Assembly (NCBI GenBank): GCA_036172245.1
Contig: JAYWIR010000003.1
Span: 806,001 to 870,000 of the forward strand
Reading direction: 5' to 3'
Length of the DNA stretch: 64,000 nt
DNA from: Raillietiella orientalis
Taxonomy: Eukaryota
Every line of letters starts with the position of its first letter. Within the stretch, counting starts at the first letter, position 1. The translations under genes were made by a program, and so were the position numbers. Below the pieces are notes generated by a model. The model saw only the letters and a program-made list of their open reading frames with translations, was not told the origin of the DNA and did not search any database. Below, one piece after another: positions 26,491 to 39,764 of the stretch.

Positions 26491-29400
26491 AAGCACAGAC
26501 AGTGCTTCCGACACATTGAACTAATGTGTATCAGCCAAAAAAAAAAAAGAAAATTCCTTTTTTTTTTTTTTTGCCTTCTGATTCAGCATTTATTAATTTT
26601 TTTTTTTCCTAAAAAAAAAAGAGGGGGGTGGTCCGTTTGATGAGAAAAGTGCCCAAATGCAAATGAAAACGAATAGTACGAAGCATGTGTTTTATTCATC
26701 ACCAGCAGTTTGTTTGTTTGTTTTTTTTCTTGGTAGAAGGCAGAGGAAGGGCGAAACTACAGAATGCACACAGTAAATCGTCTCTAGCGTACTGCTTCGT
26801 AGTAGACAGTGGTTAGGGGTTGGAATCAGCTTTCCATAAAAAGGAAATGATTGCCAGTAATTTCAGGAAATGCAGGTACTTTTCGTGTGCATGATCATAA
26901 GTTGAGGGAGAAACCTCCAGGACCTCCGTGGCTATCTGCCCATGATGCGAAACCTGAAGGAACACTACGGGCACTTCGTGGAAATGCATGCTGTTGAAAT
27001 CGTTCTCGAAGCTTCTTCGTGCTTTCGGTCGATCTTGGGGATTCCCCGGCATCACCTGAATGCCTGGAGACTTACTTGAATTCGCACATCACAAACACGA
27101 CTTGAAAATACATGAGGGCATTTTTCTTTTCTTCTCCTCCTTTTTCCATCTGCTGACTTCCCTTTCGGTCTTAAATTTGAATCGTTGTCAAGGGAGAGCT
27201 CTCGATGTCGTACAGAAGTGGCCGTCACTTTCCATGTGAAATCACGACCGAAGTCCTTCTCGTGCGCTCGGATGTGGGCATTCCACCGAAGACATTCCCG
27301 TAAATGAACGAAACTCGGAAATGGCATTAAGAAGCAAGTAATGAAGGGACCGTCTCGTGCAAGAGATTCCTCGGATGCACCGACAAAGTTGGATTCCCTG
27401 ATCAGTGATGTGGACTGCACGCTGGGAGTGTGGCCACTTCGCGGACGAGTGAGCAGCCGAGCTCATTTCCTTTTTAATGTTCATCCTTTCCTGATACTTC
27501 AAGGAAGCGGCTCTCAGGATCTCTAAATTGGCAAATCTAAATTTCTGTGAAATCGCTGTCACAGCATTTAATCATAATGGTTTCTAGTAGAGCAGATTTC
27601 TGGGTCAGGAACGGAACCTGCGAAAAGCACGCTCCGCGTTGGCATGCAAGAAGGAACGAGGCAGCGCCATCGTAGAACGGATCAAGCCGGAGGAGGGGGG
27701 TCCAGCACTTATCTGAAAAGCTTGAGCGGGAAGGAGAGTGCAGAGACCTGCAAAGAAGCGAGGATCTGTAGAGAAAATAAAAAAATAAAACAAAAGTAGA
27801 TCATGAAAGTCGTCGAAATGCATTTTGATTTTTTTTTCTCTTATCAATACAGATATACATCAATACAGCTTGCGCCTTACGGACGATGGTATTAGAAGAT
27901 ATTCAAAAGCCTAAGAAGGATGTTCCCATTTTCCACCTCATGTCCACGAACGTTCGCCGAAAAAAAAAAAATGCGCACAAACTGAGCTGAGGCTGCTCCT
28001 TGACGAACTTCTTTTATTAAGAATCGATGCTTCGTGCAAATGGCGGACATTTCCCCGCTCATTAACGAACACCCATGTATGCACCAATAGTTCCACGTGT
28101 ACTTCGCGTATACAGTTTCCCTCGAGATACTTTTCGAAATTTCGTACTTGCCCGTGCATGACAAAGGACAATTGCTGCTCCAGTATAGGATGGTTCATCA
28201 CAGCATCCAGCTTAATCACATCTTCAAAAGCACTTGTTTTGATAGGAGAAAACAGAAACAGTGAGCCAAAGGCTACAGCGAGGGTCTGCTGTCGGAGTCT
28301 TGAACTAAGGATCCGACGGCCGTGTCCCTCAACTTCGCTGAACCGAGCTTCGTTTCGCAGAGCCCGTGTACCGACCGGAGTGCCAGGTGACCTCCCCCGA
28401 GGGCGCCCACGGCCCCTTCCCAAGAACAGCCTCCCCCGAGGCCCGAGAACCGTCAACGAACGAGGGCAACCGGAGCCCAACTTGCCCGGTCACCGGAGCT
28501 CCCCCTCTGACGCCCGCCCGGGTAAAGCTTCCGTTTTCCCAAGCTGGGATTCGCGTGCCACCGCACGAGCACACAAAAGGTTGGTGAAGATGTGAGCAGG
28601 TTGGCGCTCACCGCACTGTTTACACGCCGATTAGCATCCGAAATTGATGCAAAGGGAGGTTGCAGCCTTCCCTCGCGCTCTCCGTGCGCACGAGCTACGC
28701 GACATGCTCGGGGAGAGAGAGAGGGGGGGAGGGGTAAGGACGTCTCGGTTTCCGTCCCTATTGCTTGTTCAAAAGAGATCCGTCGACGGCGCTTTTCAGC
28801 ACCGCCGAGTGATGACGCGAAGTCAGCGCAGGCAGTCCGACGCTTCCTTCCCGCGGACGCTTGCGTGCCGCTCTCATTTCCTGGCCCACACTTCTCGCTG
28901 CTTCTTCTTGCAGTCGTTTCACCCTTCTGGAGCTGAGGGACAGCACTCCGGTCACGAGCGGCAGCGTCCGGGGCCGCACCCCACGGATTTCCTTCTCAAA
29001 GTGAAGCGATCGCACGCTGGATTCGTGGTGGCCGAAAGTGAATGGGGCTGAATTTTCGGCCCCGGGCATCAGCCACCCTCTTTCATCCCTTTGGGGTTTT
29101 CGTGCACGGAGCGTGAAGAGCTTCAAGCACGTTTAAGAAGTCAGCAGCACTTCACAACAATTATTATTATTATTATATCGTCGTCACTGTAATGGAAAAA
29201 ATGCGTTTTTGAACGTACGCGCAAGGTGGCTACCACTTTGTGGTTGGCGTCGATCTGGAAGTGGCACGTGGTGGTACACGCAAAGCCACGCGAGCGTTTC
29301 GGGATGTTCTGCTGTTCTCGGAAGATCGTTTCTGTCATAATGAGAAAATTACAATATCACTTCCATGTGAAAAGTGTGAACGCATTTGCAAAAGCGAGGC

Positions 29401-30908
29401 ATCTTTTCTTGAAAGAGAGAAAGAAAGAAAGAAAAAACGCACACGGCGAGATGAAAATCGCCGTAAGAGACGGCGGACTCATTAGATAATGGGTTTTAGA
29501 AACGGCTTGCGTTGTGAGAGAAAATCTGAAATGTGGAAGACGTATTGCCGGCTCGGGAAAAAGATTCATGTGTGACCTTATCGAGAGCAAATCCTGCAAT
29601 AAATCGGAATTTCTTCCCTGTCTCACGTAATAAGAATGTCACCTGGTTCTTTGCATCTGAGATTATTATTACTATTATTATTATTTTGCAATTTTTACGT
29701 GTTTGCGCTCGGATCCTCGGAGAGCATACGAAAAGCTGAACGTTTCCAGGGAAAATCACAGATTTCGATCGTCGAAAAAGCTCTGTTCCGTTCGCACCCC
29801 CTCCCCTCCCCTCCCTTACGGTGAAGATTGTATTCACAGAATTAGGTTCCATTTTCCTAATAGATCCACATGCTGAGGTCAATCAGAAGATTCCGGAACG
29901 TACCTAATCAAAGCTGCCAGCATTGATGGCGCGCGGTGAGTCTCCCAAGTGAGACTTCCAAGTCAGAGAGCACGGGCAACCGGGGATCGGGAAAATTCTT
30001 TTCTGAAAAGCAGCCAAGCAGCAGGATCATTATGCTCACCGTATCCCCCGGTGCACCCACCGTGATCGTCGGTACGGGAAATGCATGCTGAGCTGAGCTG
30101 AAGGAATTACAGGCGAGATTGCTGCACTTCGCACAGAATAAAGCACGAAGATGGGCAGAAGGGGCACTGGAAATCTACCAAATGTAGCCTATGGGATAAT
30201 TATTTCAATTAAGCTCCCCAGCTTCGAAATTGCCCTGGAAATTGCTCCATTCCAGCAATAAATGTTCCAATTTTCTATAGTGGAGAAGATTCCTGGATGC
30301 AGCGGCCGATCTATTAGAATTCCGGGAAGCTGAGAAGACCTTGGATCTTGCTTGCTTCGAATTGACAGGGCAAGTTCACGCAGGGCACCGGACTTTCTGG
30401 TGGAACCAGCGACGCCTTTGGGGAATAAAGGAGCGGCAGTCGATGGAGCAACTCTTTCTCCCGCGCGAAGGCAAGCAAAGAGAAGAGCACGCGGGCGCGA
30501 ATCCACACAGACGCAAACCGAGGACAACCCGAAGGCGAATCCTGAAAAAAAGGAAAAAAATCCTCATTGGAAAGAGGAAGGGAAAATTCTCACGAGCTCG
30601 GAGGTTTTGTGTTTCCTGTAAACCTTAGTGCAAGGCTTGCTGCATCTTGAGGGAGAGGACAAATTCCGACTGTCATAAATCACCCGCATAATTGAAAAAT
30701 GTCTTTGAACGACAGTTCCAAAGCAGATGTCTATCCGAATGATAATAAGACTTTGTAACTTCACATCATCGTGTGATCTTCTCTGATCTTATTTTTTTTC
30801 TTTTTTCCTTTTTCACTAATTTCTCAGAATGCACTTGAGTGCATGAAGAGTTCTCCGTTGTTCCTATTGCGCGTTCAGCCATGTCCGGAAAAAGGCCGTG
30901 GCAAAAAG

Positions 30909-30939
30909 TAATAATAATAATAATAATAACAATAATAAT
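30909..30939. repeat. (TAA)n microsatellite
   Basis: About ten TAA units with one interruption. Shorter ATT, TG, AC and AG runs occur at ~29160, ~29663, ~24851, ~32749 and ~37490. Confidence 0.9.
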
Positions 30940-33900
30940 GCGACATTCCAGTGCTTCTCACAAGTCTTCGGAATGTGCTCGAACAGACAACCTCGAAACA
31001 TCGCCTGGCCAACGCAGGTCCTACCCGCGTCTGTTTTTCTTCAGCTACGAGGGGCTTTGTAACCATAGCTGACGAAAAGCACTGCAGCAGAATTGGGGAG
31101 CAGTAAATCCATTTACTGCGTGCCAACTCGCTCTTTATGGAAGTGTTCGTTGCCTAAACACTCATTAGCATCGAGCGTCTTTCAGCGCGTCGTCAGTACT
31201 TTTTCACTTGGTGATGTCGAATTACGATCTTTCTCTTGGACTTGTGCGGGTCCGAAGAGGAAGAGGATTTGCAATTTGCCGATTTCGTGAGGAATCGGGG
31301 AACGGTCTCTTTGAAGAGGGATCTGCACGCCTCCCGCAGCGGGCAGCGGCGCATTGTGATTTTTCGACGGCATCCGCGAACGGAGCTGAAAAGCCACCCC
31401 ACACTTTTTTTTTGTTGTCCGAGTCGCCTTTCTTGGGGGTCTGCTGCGAGACCACCCGCTGCCTGTTCAGTAAGGTCCGTCTTGGAGCGGTCCGGACGCA
31501 GGGTGCATCTTTTCCCTCGGGCTGAAGAAAACACTGGCAAACACTGTTCCTTGCCTGAGCACTTTGCGATTCCACGCCGCGCTCGAAACGAACTTCAGCG
31601 TGACGATTATCAGCTAGTAATCGCCATTCTGGTTTTCCCTGCGTCGTTTCCGACTTTCCTATCGTCTGAGGTCACCTCCATCTGTCCAAGACTGTCCAAC
31701 AGAAACAATGTGTGTGCTCTTCCGAACTGTGCAACAGCTTCCGCTACAGCACTGGTATTCGTGGTAACCATGACCGTTCCTTTTCAGCACGTCTTGCTCC
31801 TCGAAAGAGTCCCTGCTACCAAGGGATCGGATTCCACGCTGGGAGAGGAGTTCCTTTCCGATTACGACGGTGAGTGCTCGTGCAAGCCGGTCCCGATCTT
31901 CGGGACCGCTGTCTTCTGTTCTTCCGTCATTTCTCACACGTGTTTCCGCTTCGGCATGACCACAGTGTGGCGGCCGGCTGCGAAGCGTGCTTTGCCAGAG
32001 TCGTCTGCGGGCGAAGCGCCCTGACCTGGCTTGCAGTGCCCGTTGCGCGTTCTCCCACGCACGGAGGAGTGCTTTTTTTTCGGCCCACGGGAAACTTCCT
32101 CCTCCTACTCCTTGTCAGCCCTGCTTCGCTGTTTCCATCATCCTTTCCAACATCCTGTTTCGCTTTTGCGGTGTATAGAGCGCTCTGAAGGGAACCTTTC
32201 AAGCCATCAAGGCACTGGTCAAGTCTGCGCTGCACCCGCATGGGGGAAAGTGGGAAATCCCCAAACATCGGTGGATCCGCGAGCTTGAGCGAAGCGAGGC
32301 GGAAGAAATCTCGGTGGAGCACCGTGCCCCTCCCTGGCGGCAGCAAGCGGCGGCGTTTCCCGACAGCCAAGGGCGTGCACGGTGAGTGCGTGCACTCGCA
32401 GGGCAAGAAGCTCTCCCCGATGGGGAGGTGCAGAGCCCGGTGAAGAAACATCACTCGTTCAATAAGCGCTCCTTGCGCATATCCTGAATGCATACTCCTT
32501 TGTTTATTACTTCCTTCCTTTTTTTCTTTCTTTCCCTCTTTCTTTCTTTCTTTCTCCTTCCCCTGACCAACAAAAGGGTTATCTGGCATTTTCCCAAAGG
32601 AACGCTCTCCTCTCTATTTTGTGAGTCATTTCGGCACACAAACAAAGCGTATCATTTGCATCCCATCACAAAGCAGAATCGGCATCTCATCATTGCAGAC
32701 ACCGCTGCAGTGCCATAAATTTACGGATGAAGAGATGCTGCTTTGGGGACACACACACACACACAACAGCAAAAAAAAAAAAACAAATAATCAAGAAGTT
32801 CCTTGTTAGATTTCTCTCCGCGAGTTTCAGTTGCAGGGCAGCTGACTTCTCGCGGAGGAACGACCATCCTTATTCTGCAGAAGACACGTTTCACGACCTG
32901 CTATTCTTCCTTTGCTTGGAGGAAGACCCACGCGGCTTCGGACCAGCATTCCCCCACGCGCGCTGCTGATTCGGAATCCCGACTCCTTTACGAGCGGTTC
33001 GCGGCAGCCCTCGTCCCTCCCCTCCCCTTCCCCCCCTCCCACCTCGCCTGCCTTTGAGGGAGCGACGCCCTATCCTGCATTTCCGCGTTCCCTGAGCCCC
33101 TTCGGAGCGAGTTCGGCCCGCGCGCGGAATGCGAATCCGCGCACACGCCCTCTCGCCCGCAACACAGTGCACCCCGTCCTTCGGAGAAGGGACTGGGGTG
33201 GGGGTGGGGGGGGAAGAGAACCCTGCTGCGGGAAGTCCCGAAGTCTCCCGAGGAACCCTCCCGCCGCCCGTCGAACGGGATGTCTCTCCGGAAGTTTCCA
33301 ACCTCTCGCTCGATGCGCGCCGCTGAAAGACAAACTGCCGTTTCATTCGCGAACCGAAGGTCATTATTTCCCGATTATTTGACATCCTTCGGGATACGAG
33401 CGCAGTCGCTCGCACTCCTATCCCAGCTCGGCAAGGGTGCTTCCCTCGGGCGCGGAGCAGCACGCGGATCCGTTTGTCACGCGCGTTGTCAGGACTGGCA
33501 GCTGCGTCTTCCGGGCCCAAGAAGTTATGCAAATGCCCATCGACGTCCCATCGTAAACCCTTCCAGGATTTCCTCCTCCTTCCCGCGCCGTTCCGCTCCG
33601 TCAGTTACGCGGGCGCGCCGTCTCCCTCAGCGGCCGGCGAGGGCGCGGAGGAAGGGAGCCGAGAATGCGCCGGTGCCGACGCGAGGACGGGCTGCCGACG
33701 CCGCCGATTGGTGGCGCGGCGGAGCCAACGGGCTCGAGCCGGTCGGCGACGACCGGACACCGCCCTCCTCCCTTCCTCCCCGTTGACGGGAAAGCGCAAG
33801 CGCTTCTCGCGAACTCTCCGGGAGCCCCGCGGACCTCCGCCCGCCGGACGGCGCGCGCGGGCGCGTTGGCGGCGTCTCTGCAAACGAGCGAGTGGCTGAG

Positions 33901-35949
33901 GCTGAGAATTCCTTTCCGCTCTAATGGCGGCCGGACGGGCCACGGGGATTCCGGCGACCGGCGTCGATTTCCTCCATAGGAGACGAGGGAGCAGGAAGAG
34001 AGAGTTGCGAGGGGAAGAGAGAGGGGGACGGGCAACGAAGGAGCGAAGCGCCTCAGGGATCTGGAACGAAGTCGGCGAGTTCGCCTTAGGCCGGGATGAG
34101 TCTCTTCCGGCGTCCTGGCGGCGATGGGAGAGAGGGAGATGGGAGGAGGGGGGAAAGGGCTACGCGGAATGACAGCAGCCACGCGAGGGATCCCAGGCGG
34201 ATGGCCAGGAGGCACAACCGTCTGGACAGCCATGCTTGGGAGGAGACGCGGAACAAACGAGGGCCGATGAGCCTTCGATACGGGGATACCGTCCCTGGGA
34301 ACGGCTAGGAGCCTGTGCTGCTGATCCCGGTGCTCGAGAGGGCTGGGGACTTGTGGCTGGAAGAAAGGGAAGCACGGCAGGGGGAGGGGCAAGCCCCGAC
34401 GCTGCCTCTCCGCGTCTCCTCCAGAGGAGTGCAGGCGTCTCCTGCCCCCTCCCCCCCTGCGTTCGCACGCGCGCGCGCGAGGTGGGGTCCCCGAAGGGCT
34501 GGCTGACTGGCACCCGGGAAGCTCGGGACCGCTGAAACAGATGGCGGCTGCGGACGGCCGGGGCGTGCAACGGGCGCTCCTTCAGCCAGGACGAGTGCAG
34601 GAGCGCCCGCGGGGACGGATGCTGTTCTCGGATCGCTTGTTCATGCTTCGGCCTGGCTGGCATGCATTCCACCCCTTCCCCCCTCCTCTGCCTCCCTGCT
34701 CTGCGTCTGCGGAGACAGCCTGCCTCACCCCGGCTCACGGGAGCAGCGCCCATCCATCTCGCGGATCCGCAGCAAGGGAAGCGGACGTCGTCCAGGCGGT
34801 ATGGCGCGCGCGCCCCAGAGCCGTTAGGACGGTCGCCCGGAGTTACCCCATCCCATCCCCTCCACCTGGTGCTCCAGCCTGCAAACGCCGCTCGGCTCCG
34901 ACATTCCTGCTCCCGATCCTCCGACCAGCCAGGGAAGCAATCCTCGCGTTCCCAGTCTTTCAGGGGCGCTCGTCGGCGGCAGCACCGGCACGGAAGTGCC
35001 CGCGCTGCCGACTCTGCATCGGGCGTTCTCGCCATCGGCCTTTTATGAAGCTCCCCTCGGCGATGGCCGCGGCGATGGCGGGTGAGCGCTGCCATTGGCC
35101 TTCCTGCCGAAGTCAAGCAGCAGCAGCTTGGGGCTGATTCGCGGGTGCGTTCCCGGGGGCCGCGCCGCGGTCCAGGAGACGAGCGGACAGAGCGAATGGC
35201 GACCAGGCACTCTGCTGCGGAATCGCGACCTCCTCCTCTTTCAGCGCGCCGTGCGACGAAAGGGCGGGAGCGCTTCGCTCCTGACCTCCTCCTGCTCGAC
35301 TCCTCGGCTGCTCCTCTTCCCTGAAGTAGATGAGACGAGCAGCGAGGAGGAGGAGAAAGGGAGGCAGCAGCCACCCGGTTTTCCCTGGTTCTTCTGTCCT
35401 CGTCTCCCTCCCGCAGCCCGTGCCGGCTTCCCAGCCGCCGCGTGCATCCCGGAGATGAACGCGTTGACACCTGACGTTTCAATTTCGTGCCCGTCCTCCA
35501 CATCAGCATGGGAAGGCGTGGAAGAAGGATTCATCGGTAATCCCATTTTTCATCCCCTTTCCGATGGCTGTTGTCGGGCCTGGAGCATCCCTGCCCTCGC
35601 TCATCCCCACTCGCGAAAAAAGTTGCTTCGCGGTGGCACATTCAGCTTGGATCCGAGTTTCCTCTCCGTCTCCTCTTCCTCCCTCTGGGACGGAAAGCGG
35701 ATCATTGCCTTAGAAGGGGAAGAGGAGGAAGAAGGAAGGAAAAGGAGGAAGAGAAGAGGACGACAAGAAAGGGTGTAAGAAGAGGAAGAGGAGCTTGATG
35801 AGGGATCCGTGGCGAAAGACACCGGGATCGAAAGTCCTTTCGTAGTCGAGCCGCTGCCCGCGTAGGATCGCATGCGCTCCTCTTCGATCCATCTCATCCT
35901 TTCCCTCCTTTCCGAGACCCGCGTGTGCAAGCTCAGGGGAAGTCTTGAA

Positions 35950-36700
35950 AGGGAAGGGGTAACGAGGACTCCTCTCTCAGAGAGCGCGCGCTCTTCACGG
36001 AAGGGCAGGGCCAGGTCAGGTACCGCCTTGGAACGGATCTTGCCAGAGCGCTTCCGCGCTTCCGGAGGAGGCAGACGGTGGCTGCTCCCGGACGCAGGTC
36101 TTTAGAACGGGAGCCTTCCCATCCTCCTGCCATCCCCCGCCCTCGACCAACCTTGCTCCCCCCTTGGTTTCGAGGGGAATTCGCTTCCCAGGTACTCTCG
36201 TGGGAGCGCCCGACTCTCGCGCACTGGGGAGCAGAGGGCGGGGCTGGTAGTCTTGGCCGCAGGCGCCGTGGCTCTCCGGGATTCGCGGGGGAGGGAGCGG
36301 CTCTGGCGCACACCCTTGCGGAATAGCCCCTTTGCCCCTCCGCTCCTGGAGGGATCCACCGTACGTGATGGGTGGCCGTCTATCCCTGGCGAAGCGCACC
36401 TTCCTAGAGAACTCCCGACCGGGCGCGCTTGCGCGTCGCTCCAACGAGCGAGGCGCCCGTCTCTCCGAAGGCGCCAGGCGGACGCGGACCTCGAGGGACC
36501 TTCTTCCTCCCAAACGGTAACCGCGGCAACGGCGGCGTCGCGTGCAGCTGGAAGGATGCCGGCACCACGCTTGAGCACTCTCCGGGGCAGCGAGGCGGCC
36601 GTGGAGGGAGAGTGTCTCGAAGTTGGCGCATCCAGACGAATGCAAGAAAGCGGGAGCACTCGAAGCCCCCCTCTTCTCGGGTGCTCGGATCCACCCGCCG
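35950..36700 (+). mobile_element. Decayed LINE RT fragment
   Basis: QTVAAPGRRS (Q-GF-PGRS-like), FASQVLSWE (AFDRVSW-like) and TVRDGWPSIP (GVRQGCPLSP-like) occur in canonical order. Confidence 0.55.
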
Positions 36701-39700
36701 CTTCCTTCCGTCTCCGGACCTACCTCTCGCTGACCAAATGATGGCGGAGGCGGCGGTGCTCGCGTGCCGAGTCCACTTTTCCTCCCCCCTCCTCCCAACA
36801 GCAGTCTACCGTCCTGATGACCCTGTCGTCTCCTTCCTCCTCTTCTCCTTTTCTCCTCGGGCGCCGCCCTTTCTTCCTCTCCCCCCCCCCCTTCCTCTTG
36901 CGCTTCGACCAGAACGCGATCACGCCCCCCGTCCCTCTCCCGACCGCGCTTGGAGGCTGCGCACCGTCGGTGCCACCCCCTCTCGCGCCGTGATCGCTCC
37001 TTTCCCATCCCGGAAGGAGCCTTTTCGTCCCCTCCCCATTCCCTTGCCCACAGGCCCAGACTGCGGGCTGCTCACCCGCCTGCGGTGCGTCCTGCAGGGA
37101 GGACGGCAGCTCTCCAGCCCGCTTGCGCAGCATCCGAGGGCGCGAGACGATCGGCTCGCGGCCCCTTCCGTAAAAGGGAGAGCGAAAAACGGCGGCCCAC
37201 TCCCTTCCCCTCTATTTTCCCCTCACGCACGGCTCGCGGGGTGCTCAAGAGCTTACAGTGTAGGGGGGTCCCCCCTGTCCGGTTTCGTGGTCGGCTGCGC
37301 CCTCACCGCTTCACCTCCCCCGCCGCCGACTCCAGGAGCGCGCTCAGCATCCGGCGCGCACACACCAAGTTCCGGGAAGAACGTCTTAGATCACGAGCCA
37401 CCGCTGCAGCCCGCAGATCCACGCCGCGTGCCAGGAACGAATTCCTGTGGCGACGGCTCACAACCGAAAACGCGCGCCAAGAGGGAGACAGAGAGAGAGA
37501 GAGAGAAAGGAGAAATCCGCTCCTTTACGTGGGGGGCGCACGGGGTCATGCCTTTGGAAGAGGGCAGGCAGGACTTGGCTCTCTTGGCTTCTCTGGCGGG
37601 GTCCACGCTGCGAGAGAAGAAAGGAGTCGCCAGAGAACATCAACCTGCAGGGGGCGCTGGCCTTGCGTCAGGGGGAAGAGGAGGGGGGAGGGGAGGGGAG
37701 GTAAGTCGGAGTCTCAGGAGTCCTCTCTGAGGGAGACTGGGAGCGCTTCCCGGAAGATCAGGGCGAGCCACAGGATTTCCGAGACCCTCCCCATCCCTTT
37801 CCCGAACGTTTCCGCCGCACGCCCCCCACTCCCGTGGCAGCAGGAAAATTCGAGTCGGTAGGCGATCTGCGAGGTGGATCGCGAAACGGCTACAGCAGCA
37901 GCGTCTCTCCGGCTTTTCTGCCGCCTACTGGCGTCTCCGATGGTCTGTCTGGTCTGGTGCCCTGGTTCGCCTCCGCCGGCGCCTGCAAAACCGCCCTCCG
38001 TTCCGGGTTTCCCAGGAAGCCGATGATCCCCCACCCGTCCGTCAGCGCTGCTACGGAGGCTGAGCTCCCCAGTCGACAGACTCCCGGGAGCTTCCTGAGG
38101 CAGCGTGCCCAGAACGAGAGAAGGGAGGAAGGGGGAGGTCAGCCGCAGCAGCTAGGCTGCGAAAGAGGGGGCACCCTCACGTGCAGCATGCTCCCGAGGA
38201 GGCGCTTCCCTCTGGCTCGCAGGTGCTCCCCCTTCGAAGGAGGCCGCTGGGCGCACCTTGATGGCGCCCGCACGGGAAACGGGATGGAGGGGGAGAGGGG
38301 AGGACTGTGTGAGACAGTTTTCGAGGAGATGTGGATCAGACGGTACCGGGGCCGCGCTCTTCCTCTCTCCGGCGGGTTCGCTCCGCCGCCGCCTGGCAGC
38401 GCGCGGGTGCCGACGGCCGCGGATGCTCAGGGTCCAGGTCCCCGCCGGGAGATGCAATCGCCGGTGCGGCGGCCTGGGAGACTCTGCCCTCCTTGATCCT
38501 ACTCGCACGTGCGGGAAAGGAGAAGAAGAGGACGCGTTCGGTAGTCCGAAGCGGGTTCGCCGCGCCCGGAAGCGCCTGCGAGCGTCTCCATTGGCGCGGC
38601 GGGGTGGCGAGCCACGAGTCAAGCCGCCTGGGGTTGCCGGGAGCCCGTAAGCTGCGAACGCGCACGACAAGACCGCGGGAGAGTGATCAGGGAAGGGAGG
38701 TCCGAAAAATGCCTCCTGGAGGAAAATTTCGCGATCTCCGGGGGAAGGAAGAGGAAGAGATGTCGCTATCCGTCGCCCCTTCACCCCTCTCGTCCCGTTT
38801 TCCCGGGAGCTCGAGAGCTGTCTCTACCCCCACCCGCCCCTCTCCTTCCTCCTGAGCTCGTTCCCTAGCGGGGCGGGCGGCGTTGCCTCCAGCACACCGC
38901 CTGAGCTCATTTATGGCTACCAGGTGCCAGAGGGCAGAACGGCAGTCTGTGCTGTTGCTCCACCACCTCTGTGCTCCAACGTTCCACCGCTCTGGTGTTC
39001 TCGAACTAACTGAGAGGGAGGAGGACTGCGCGAGCCACAGATTGATTTGATCTGCGAGCTTTCCCCTCGGGGGGAAGGGGGGGGGGTTCTCGTCTCTGCC
39101 TCCTCTCCAGAGCACGGGCGTTGCCGTGCTGTGACGCTCCAGCCGGGAGGCGACGCTCCGTTCCTCGCAGAGACGACCAGGGCGACGGCGCGCAGCATCG
39201 AGGAGGAGGAAGGAGGGGGAGGGGGGAGGAAAGAAAGACAGAAGAGTTTTTTTTTTCCCCTCGAAGTGCACTGGAGGGATCCGGGGGCGAGCGTCACGAG
39301 GGCTGCTTGAGAACGATTTCTCCGTCTGGGACCGGCGGGGGCGTAAGTCCCCCTGCAGTGCCGCTCGGAGGCAGGTCGGTCTGCCGGGATGCGAGCAGCG
39401 CCTCCCGCTGGGGCTCCCGAGCCGCCGCCTGCGACAGCGCTCCCTCCTCCTCTCGTTTTCCCTCCCCTCCCTTCAGCCAGTGGGCAGCCAGCCTTCTCCG
39501 CTCCCCCATTGCACGCTCGCCTATCTGCCTGCCGGCCGGCCGGGAGCGCTGTGTGCCTGTGCGGGAGCTCGGCGCTTCGGCTTCGCGCTTCGGGGAACGG
39601 ATTGGTGAGGGACGCGGAGCTGCTGACCCGGGTCGCGGTTGCCGAGGGGGCGCGTTGCTGGTACCGCCTCCGCTGCCTCCCCACTCGCCTCCTTCCGCTC

Positions 39701-39764
39701 GCGCACACCCCGGAAAGGGTCAAGCGTAAGCTGATCCCTTGGAAGCCTCGCGTCTTGACAGGCG

